DNA of 64,000 nucleotides, taken from Octopus vulgaris. Its lineage: Eukaryota. The notes beneath the pieces are model-generated. The model was given only the letters and a program-made list of their open reading frames with translations. It was not told where the DNA came from and did not search any database. The position numbers and the translations under genes were made by a program. The stretch is taken from contig OX597835.1 of assembly GCA_951406725.2 (NCBI GenBank), positions 18,166,001-18,230,000 on the forward strand, read 5' to 3'. Below, one piece after another: positions 54,306 through 64,000 of the stretch. The first letter of the stretch is position 1, and every line of letters begins with the position of its first letter.

Positions 54306-56042
54306 GCACTCAACACATCTGGTTCTTAAATCTATATATATCTGCGTTTGTTTCTTGTGATCTTTCGATGGTTCCTTGATTAAATATCTTATTACGTTTT
54401 AATTAGATTTATAAAATAAGTTTATAACAAAAGAATAATAATTACAAAGTAATCACGATTTTTAAAATTCACGCGAATAAGTTATTTTGCCGGTTGTTAT
54501 GATATTTTAGCCTGCTTAACAAGTACATTTCGTAGGGTAGAGAAAATGTGAACGACATCGCTGCTTTGTGAATATTCCCGTACAATAGAGAGGTATAAGT
54601 GAAATCCGGGTATTGAATAAAAATCATAAGGATGAGATATAAGAAGCTAAGCAAAATTTTAAACACAAACGAAACTTGTTTGCGCATTAAAATTAAATAT
54701 GACAAAGGTATTAATTTATATACTTTCTCCTGAAATTTGGAGGAAGATGATAATCAATTACATCGACCCCACTACCTAATGGTAATTATATCATCGATCC
54801 CAAAAGGATGAAATGCACAGTCAACCCCGGCGAAATTTGAACTCAGAACGTAAAGACGGATGACATGACGCTAAGCATTTCACCCGGTCTAAAAATTTCA
54901 AGTTATCTGCCATTTCAAGCTGTCTCCCGGTAATCTGAAATCGATTTCAAATTACCCCCACGCTGTTCACATTACCCTATCAACGATTTGGCTAAAATAA
55001 TAAACTCTAAGACTTACGTCTCCTGATACTTTTATAACATTAAACACGGATTACATTCAAGATTGTAAACTAATCTTAAAATATGAAAATACGACAAAAT
55101 ATTCGATTTTTTAAAACACTTTTATGATGCGCTGATGAAAAAAAAATTGTCGAATATCAGAGATGCTGTGTTTGCAATTTTTTAAAGAGAAACATTGTAT
55201 TTTTTTGTTTATGAGAAAGTGACTTGGATTAGAGAACTTTTTTCAATAGATATATAGTAGACAGATGTTGTTTATAGTGGATTGAGTTGAGTTGGCAGCA
55301 TGTAACAATAAGAGATTGATTTGAAGAACGATATGTGTGTTATATACAAACAGAAATTTATTTATACACTATAAATTGGTAACGAATTATATCTATATAC
55401 ATTAAAATCTCACTACAGTCTGTTTTTCGTTTGGAGTTTGGGTATCTTGATTTTCGTAATTTGTTTTTCGTTCTTTACTTGCGGGTGGTTGCGCATATAT
55501 CGGGTGGGGTTGATAGCATTTTCTTTCTTTTCTATTACTTCCTTGTTATTTGAAAGCCAATGGGTATTTTTGAGAGAAAAGTCTGCAACAGTATATGGAC
55601 CTGTGTGGTGTTTCGTAAATTGTGCTCCCATTCTGTCCTCTCGAATAAGGCTTTTGAGCCGAACTTTATTTCTAATACTGAGCTGCTGTTGCTCGTGTTT
55701 TCTATCGCATTGTTCTGTTTGAACGGACTGAACTATTCTAATGTACTAAAAGTAGCCATTTTGCATATTCTTCTTTCAAATTTCTTTCTAGTACTTTCAT
55801 ATCTCTAAAATTATGAAAACCATGAAGCACCTAGGTAGGATTTGATCTTTGTCTGGCGGAACAATAACGCCAAGCATTTACCAGGTTTTCGAACGAGTCG
55901 GCTAGAATATGTTTGTAGAAATATGTGAAAGCAGGTGCTAGTGTTTACATGCAAATGGGTTGTCTGTCTATTTGTCTCTGAGTGTATGTGAAATCTCATG
56001 TGCACATACACAAGGATATATATATAGGTATATATATATCTT

Positions 56043-56076
<34 letters not shown>

Positions 56077-56091
56077 TATATATATATATAT

Positions 56092-56196
<105 letters not shown>

Positions 56197-56263
56197 CACC
56201 TATATATAAATAAACATATATATATATATACATATATACATACACATATATATATATGATGTG

Positions 56264-56316
<53 letters not shown>

Positions 56317-56740
56317 ATATATATATATACATGTACTTATACATATTTATACGATGGATGTATGACTGCGTGGATTAATATGTATATATACGTACATTCA
56401 TATAGCCACTCACATAGATATACACATAAATAAATGGTTATAGTTCTCATAAACATCACCAAATAAATTATATGATAAAATATAAAGAGGGAACTATAGC
56501 AGAAATATATACGAGAATTCAGAACGGAAAGAAAAGAATACAAGATGCAGGAACGATACAATAACAACCATGGAGAGAAGAAGAGAGGGACGGGGTGGAA
56601 GGATAGGAGAGGAAAATGAAATAAATAAGAGTTAAAAGAGGTGGTGGAGGAGATGGAATGAAAGGGAAAGGAGAGAAGCATAAAGAAAGACGAAGAAAAA
56701 TATGGAAAACGGAGGACGGTATGAAGGAAAGAAAAACGTC

Positions 56741-56908
56741 ATAATGATAATAATAATAATAATAGTAATTATAATAATAATGTTAATAATAATAGTAATA
56801 ATAATAATAATAATAATGATGATGATGATAATAATAATAATAATAGCAATAATAATAATAATAATAACAACAATAATGATAATAATGATAATAATAATAA
56901 TAATAACG

Positions 56909-56963
<55 letters not shown>

Positions 56964-56986
56964 TGATGATGATGATAATAATAATA

Positions 56987-57045
<59 letters not shown>

Positions 57046-57172
57046 AATAATGATAATAACGATAATAATAATAATAATAATAATAATAGTAATAATAATA
57101 ATAATAATAATAATGATAATAATAATGATAATAATAATAATGATAATAATAATAATAATACTAGTAGTAGTA

Positions 57173-57245
<73 letters not shown>

Positions 57246-57277
57246 CAGCAGCAGCAGTAGTAGTAGTAGCAGTAGTG

Positions 57278-57337
<60 letters not shown>

Positions 57338-57350
57338 ACAACTAATGATG
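56741..57350. repeat. Long compound (AAT)n-(AGT)n microsatellite
   Basis: Direct inspection; explains ORF 56702..57439. Confidence 0.95.
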
Positions 57351-57706
57351 ATAATAAATATGAAAATGTAGTAGTTTTAGGAGTAGTAAAAGAAATCGTA
57401 AAAGAAGATCAAGAACAAATACCCCCTTCGGTGTCGTGATCGTCGTCGTCATCGTTATGGTTAACGACGACGGCAACAACGCCACGGTCGGAACGGCAAG
57501 AACTTTAAGAACGGTAACGGCAATTGCTTTTGCCTGGAAGTAATGGTTCAATGCCAAAATGATTAGTGTTGAATGTGCTTATGGCATTGTGGTTAAACAA
57601 GGAAATGATACATTTACTGTGTTCGAGATTTCTTAGAATTTAGTCAAAACCGCTTATTACAGCTTGTGCATCGCGTAATTCTTAGATTCTCAAGGTTCCC
57701 TTTCTC

Positions 57707-57766
<60 letters not shown>

Positions 57767-57768
57767 GG

Positions 57769-57835
<67 letters not shown>

Positions 57836-57875
57836 TTATATATATATACCTTGATATATGTATATAATACATATG

Positions 57876-57912
<37 letters not shown>

Positions 57913-57927
57913 GTATGTATATATATA

Positions 57928-57980
<53 letters not shown>

Positions 57981-58295
57981 TGTGTATGTTTATAAATATA
58001 TGTATGGATATATGTGCGTATCTATGCATGCATGTATAATGTGTACCACCCACTGATATCTAGATGAAGGAAAAGCAGAAATAATAGCATTGATGTCACA
58101 CATATAACTTCTATAACCGAATTTTAAGGGAACAAGTTTCTTGACATTTAGGGCGAATACTTGGGGCTTTCACTAATGATACCCAATGAAGCTGAACCAC
58201 GACTACATTGGTGTTACTGAACAAAAGTAAAGTGTTATCTTAACAGATTTTGTTGGAACTTCTTCTTGTCCGAAAAATCATTAGCATACACTAGA

Positions 58296-58572
58296 GAATT
58301 AGTTCTAGAAGCTGGGATTACCAAGCGTAGATTGGCATATTTCGGTCATATTATGCGGAGAAAATCCCTGGAGAAGGACATCATGCTCGGAATGGTCAGT
58401 GGCAAGAGAGGAAGAGGCCGACCAAGAACCCGCTGGCTTGACACCATCAGGAGTGTTACCGGAATGGATATGGCCAATCTGAAGGAAGCGGCCCAGGATA
58501 GAACTGACTGGAGGACACTGATCCAACGAGTGACCGAGAGTCGACTTCGACTGAGCGAATAGAGAGAGAGAG
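58296..58572 (+). mobile_element. 5'-truncated RTE-clade LINE 3' end
   Basis: RRLAYFGHIMRRKSLEKDIMLGMVSGKRGRGRPRTRWLD...AQDRTDWR is the RTE ORF C-terminal signature; stop at 58560-58562 runs into (AG)n. Confidence 0.9.
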
Positions 58573-58757
58573 ACAATTGAAAAATCGCGAAGAGCTTTGA
58601 AGTTTATTTTCAGCGTTAGGGACCATAAAAAAAGAACAAAATTTTAACATTAAAGTCGAAAATAGAAACCTTACTGAAATGTAATTGATAAAAATGGTAG
58701 GTTTGACTGTGATATTATTATAATTTTTCTAGTCATTATCTACCCGTCCGGAATTTT

Positions 58758-58789
58758 CACGGAGTTTCACGTTCCCGTTCGTCGGACAC
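58758..58789 (-). ncRNA. Decayed variant hammerhead motif (CCGACGA core)
   Basis: GTGT-CCGACGA-ACG[GGAA]CGT-GAA-ACTC...; stem III and the 3' strand of stem I are degenerate. Confidence 0.45.
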
Positions 58790-59500
58790 TTTTGATTGTG
58801 TTCACTTGTATGTGTTCATATGAGTGTGTGTATGTGTGTGTGTGAGTGTGCGTGCGTGCGTGCGTGTGTATGTCTGTATTTCTGTTGGTGCGTGTTTAGT
58901 TCTAAGCTTCTAAATTCCACCAAAACGAAATTTTCTTTACAAGTTCATCGACCTCGCAATTAATGAAATTACAATAAAGCATCCCATTGTTTCTTCGCAA
59001 TGTCATTAATATGAAAAAGCTAAAAATCTTCTTTTCTAATTTCTCCCTCCTCCGCCATCTCTACTCCTTTCATTATTGCTATTTTTACTGTCACTCGATC
59101 TTGCCCTCTTTCTCGCTGTAACTCTTCCCTCTCCCCTCATTCTGTTTATTTCTCTTCTCATCAACCAAACAATATTCCTTGGTGTCGACATAAATTTCTC
59201 CGTCTCTCACACTCAACCTATGAAATAATCCGTTTTCTCTCTCTCTCATAGACTCTCGGCCATAAATCTTCTCGGTCTCTCAATTTACATTCCTTCACGA
59301 AAAACCCCCTCTCTCTCTCTCTCTGTTTGTCTCTGTCTCCTTGTGTGTCTCTGCACTTATTCCTTACTCTCATTCTTACACACACATTAGCTCCTTCTTT
59401 CTCTCCCTCATCATTCAGTTTGTTATACGTTTTTCAGCATCTAACGCTCTCAACAATTCATAGATAATAGTCTCTCTTTATACTTTCTCTTTCTTACACA

Positions 59501-59562
<62 letters not shown>

Positions 59563-59698
59563 GCGATTCTTTCTCTTCTCTCCCTTTCTTTCACTTTGCC
59601 ATACCTTTTCTGTACAGCTTACGTGTTCTCTCTCTCTTTCTCTTCATATATTTTACTCTTTCTCTGACACACAATCTCTTAATGTATTCTTCTGCTAA

Positions 59699-59930
59699 AA
59701 GCGTCGAGCTGGCCGAATCGTTAGCGCGCCGGGCGAAATGCTTAGCAGTATTTCGTCTGCCGTTACGTTCTGAGTTCAAATTCCGCCGAGGTCGACTTTG
59801 CCTTTCATCCTTTCGGGGTCGATAAATTAAGTACCAGTTACACACTGGGGTCGATGTAATCGACTTAATCCGTTTGCCTGTCTTTGTTTGTCCCCTCTAT
59901 GTTTAGCCTCTTGTGGGTAATAAAGAAACA
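59699..59930 (+). mobile_element. SINE family A (tail 2)
   Basis: Matches 47518-47750. Confidence 0.9.
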
Positions 59931-60124
59931 TATATTCTACGTTCATATCGAATTAACGTCGGCTATGATAGCCTGGGTGAGATGTGTTCAAATATCGCCT
60001 ACATGATGGCGGCCAGGAATTTTGACCGGATTAAGATGTGTGAATTCCTGTGTGAAACTGATAAGCATGCGTGAATAGTTTTGCAAACGAAAAATACAAC
60101 CCATCTTTAACCTATATCTTGTAT

Positions 60125-60354
60125 GTGTTCCAGTTCTTAGACTGCGGCCATGTTGGGCCCTGGCTTAAATTTCCTAATGGAAGAAATCGACCCCAGTACT
60201 TATTATTTTAAACATGCTACTTATTCTATTAGCTTCTTTGCCGAACCGCTAATTTGCGGGGACATAAACACCCCAGTAGCGGTTGTCAAGCGGTCGTAGG
60301 GGACAAAAACGCAAACACACACACACACACACGCACACACGCACACACACATAC

Positions 60355-60395
<41 letters not shown>

Positions 60396-60525
60396 TATAT
60401 ACGACGGGCTTCTCTCAGGTTCCGTCTACGGAAGACACTCTCAAGATTTTGGGCGGCACGAAGTTGTAGTAGAAACACACAATGTGCCGCACGGTGAGTC
60501 TGAACTCAGAACTATCTGATTGGGA
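60125..60525 (-). mobile_element. SINE family C, diverged
   Basis: gactgcggccatg...gccgaaccgctaa...atacgacgggcttc. Confidence 0.75.
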
Positions 60526-61242
60526 AGAGGGTGTGACATTCATTCAGTACTTATTCTACAAGACCTGAATGGAGGTGAAAATATAAAAAAAAAATATAAA
60601 CGCTAAAAAATAAAAATTTAAATTGAAAAAAACTGGTGTATTACAGTAAAACGAATGAGAGATATATAAAATATATCCTCAACAACACAAACATACCCGT
60701 ACGCACTGACACACGCACAAACACACACCTACATATACACGCGGGTACGCTCACATACGTAGTAGTGGTCTATTATATTCAACTTGCTTGTATAGGTTCA
60801 GGCAAGTTGAGCATAATTATACATGATTGTAAATCATACAACGGAGCTTAGTGCGTGTATAACATAAATTTTATATTACTGGATACATTAAAAAAAATAT
60901 ATATAGGTGTTTCTCCATCTACAGATACACATACCTACAACATATACACGAATACATTCATTGGCGGACATTTAGTTTGAAACGTGCGTTGACAAAGAAT
61001 ACCCGACGAGAGGAATGGAGATATTTATAAACTTAATCAGTTTATGTTGCTATAAATTATTCAGAAATATTCACTTAAACATATTCATACACTCCAGTAT
61101 ACATTCATACCAGTACACACAAATATACGCACAAACACACACAAACACACACGCTAATATCTATCTATCTATCTGTCTAACTATATCTCTCTCCCTCTCT
61201 TTATAAATATATATATATATATATGTGTGTGTCTCTCTCTCC

Positions 61243-61276
<34 letters not shown>

Positions 61277-61282
61277 TCATAA

Positions 61283-61328
<46 letters not shown>

Positions 61329-61408
61329 TATCTATATACATAATATATAATATATAATATATGATATATATACATATATGTGTATGTATATATATATATA
61401 TATAATAT

Positions 61409-61493
<85 letters not shown>

Positions 61494-62316
61494 CACATAT
61501 ATGTATATATATCATTCTCCCTATCTATCCGTCTCTCTCTCTATATATATATACATAGATAATATATATATATATATGCACACATATATTTACTTATATA
61601 TATATATGTGTGTGTGTTTGTATGCATGTGTATGTATATGTGTGTACACGATTTTGCATTGTTGTTACATTTTGTTGACAATTAATCGAATATGTATTTT
61701 TAGTAAGTGTTATGGCCGTGGCGCACGAAATTCTCTGCAAAAATTCCAAATAGCATGTCTCCCAATCATGAGTCCCTTACACATTACATTCTATAGTCAA
61801 CGCCTTTACACGATTTGCGTTCTAAATTAGTTTTTTATATGCTTTAGTTACAATTTAACCGAATGTATGCTGTTTTTTTCTGCAATTGTGAAGCCCCACG
61901 CGGCCTTCCGCCTTACATGCGCTTTCTTCAGCACACAGAATTATATTTGTTTCTTCATTCATATCTTTCATAGTCCTTGCAATCATTCTTATATTTTCCA
62001 GCCCCCTTTCGAAAATTCACTTCGATGGGTTTTTTTTACTTATTTTGGCTGCTTCGGGGTACGAGCCGAAACTTTGTTTTTCAGCATACAATTAAAACGT
62101 GAATTCTGAATGCATTTTTCTGCTAGCATGTATGTATGTATGTATGTATGTATGTATGTATGTATGTATGTATGTATGTATGTATGTATGTATGTATGTA
62201 TATATATGTATGTATGTATGTATGTATGCATGCATGCATGCATGCATGCATGTATGTATGTATGTACGTATATATATATATGTATGTATGTATATGTGTG
62301 TACACATATGTGTATG

Positions 62317-62353
<37 letters not shown>

Positions 62354-62378
62354 ATATGTGTGTACACATATGTGTATG

Positions 62379-62413
<35 letters not shown>

Positions 62414-62658
62414 ATGTGTGTACACATATGTGTATGTATATATATATATATATATATACATATATGCGGTACCTTACAACTCCACTTTGTGATATATATA
62501 TATACATACACATATGTGTACACACATACATATATATATATACATACATACATACATACATGCATGCATATGTATATATGTATAGAAGAATTTGTTTTTG
62601 AGAATTCACATCAATTTGTAACACGTTTAGTAGTTTTTACATAGATTTATTCACATAC

Positions 62659-62708
62659 CTAGCAGACTAGGAAACTAGTTTCAACAATTTTTTGTATATC
62701 AATGGTAG
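62659..62708 (-). ncRNA. Decayed type I hammerhead in the 3' terminal region of the Penelope-like element
   Basis: CTACCA-TTGATA-T-ACAA[AAAA]TTGT-T-GAA-ACTAG[TTTC]CTAGT-C-TGCTAG, then AATAAA; core CUGAUGA has one substitution and one deletion. Confidence 0.6.
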
Positions 62709-63344
62709 AAATGTATATAAAACAATGGGATTTTAACAGATTTTAAAATTAGGAAGTAGAAATTCAACACACATGTGTAAACAATCAAATGTTCACATAC
62801 AATTCAATGAAAGTTAATGTTCAGCGAAGAATATAATAAATGTACATTACTCACAGTTCAGTCATAATGAGTTTTTATGGAATACGTGGACAAGAGAGAA
62901 AAAAAGAAAAGGAGTTAAGAAGGGTGTTTTTACAGTTTTTAAAGTCTTCGTCACCTTGCGTGTAGATCTTCGTTCTGTCGCGTACTGCTAAGTTCGCTTT
63001 TAACAGAATTTTGGGGGAATCAGTTATTTTGATGAAGGAACTGTGTTTGGTGTTCTGCTTGGTTGACTTCAGCGTCGGGAGTCGGTCAGTAGTCTTTGCC
63101 TAATGGTCATAAACCATTCCGGTTGGTTGATTCTCTTAAGACCTCAGTTACGTAAGTAACTGGTGTTTACGTAGGTAACTGGTGTTTGAGAAGTTGTATG
63201 GTGTTATAGTCTAGTGATTTGGAGTTGGGGTTTCGAAACCCAGGAGGGGCCTTTACTAAAGTTTTCGAATTAGATCTGTTGTATCTGGCTGTTTATTTTG
63301 TGGAGAAATTGAGTTTGTTTTCTTTCCAGTCTGTTCTTAAAGGA

Positions 63345-64000
63345 TATTTAGCTGCGGTGTATATTTTTTAATGAGCGTGCTTTCCTTATTCAATTTGAAT
63401 TGGGTTGAAGTGTTTCCGGTGCATTGATAAAAAGGGAAGACTTGGTATTTCGGGTTTACGTCTGAGGGGCGTTAATCTAGGAGTTTACTTATGAGAATCT
63501 TCCTGGTCATGGAGTCCCGGATTTTTTGCCTGTGCACCTTCAGTTTGTCTACATAGGTCAAACTAGCTTGACCTCTGTATTCTCCATTACACCCACCACA
63601 TTCGAGGACAGAGATTAACTTCTTTGATGCGCAGCTGAAGTGATTTTTTTATGGTAAACGTTTGAACTGACTTCAATTTATATGTTGAGCCCTCCAAGCG
63701 GTACATGCAAATCCCGTAGTTGGGGCGGTTGCAGTTTTTGTCTGGAGGGGTTGTATGCTTTGTGGGTAAGTTGGCACTGGTAAGTAACCTTTTTAGAGAA
63801 TACGGTTGTCTCTTGCTTTTAATAATCCTATGTGTTTCCAGTGTTTTTTTCACTGGTCGTTTATAAGGAGGGAAATGCTTTGATGGATGATGTTGTATGC
63901 TTTAATGTTCATCAAACTTTGTGTTGATACGCAAGACAAAGTTTTTGGTGTGTCATGGGATTTTCTTGTCTTTCGTAACTCTTGGATATTTATCATTTTT
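63345..64000 (-). pseudogene. Penelope-like retroelement ORF remnant (Cys linker + GIY-YIG endonuclease)
   Basis: IIKSKRQPYSLKRLLT...CNRPNYGIC, then frameshifted SCASKKLISVLECGGCNGEYRGQAS...VHRQKIRD...VFPF...KESTLIKKYTPQLN; runs off the window end. Confidence 0.85.

Noticed and set aside
63345-63860. Selenocysteine recoding, as reported for some Naiad elements
   Set aside because: The in-frame stop seen is TAA at a non-Cys position and the ORF is frameshifted.

Overview
This is eukaryotic, AT-rich non-coding DNA saturated with microsatellites. The repeat content fits an octopus (coleoid cephalopod) intron or intergenic region; that is inferred from repeat style only. No intact protein-coding gene is visible and nearly all supplied ORFs are microsatellite artefacts. 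Recognisable content: three tRNA-like SINE families in many copies, 3' ends of a CR1-type and an RTE-type LINE, two copies of a non-autonomous Helitron, mariner- and piggyBac-type MITEs, a decayed mariner transposase, two Penelope-like (GIY-YIG) remnants and one candidate spliced exon. The main signal is about eleven type I hammerhead-ribozyme-like motifs from about six sequence-unrelated families, several with recurrent non-canonical cores. Most lie in short non-coding fold-back elements embedded in (TA)n tracts, whose inverted arm stops about 68-77 nt short of the element end. One lies in the 3' terminal region of a Penelope-like ORF remnant, the probable source of the enzyme. All alignments and folds were done by eye; boundaries of decayed repeats are approximate and no cleavage activity is demonstrated.
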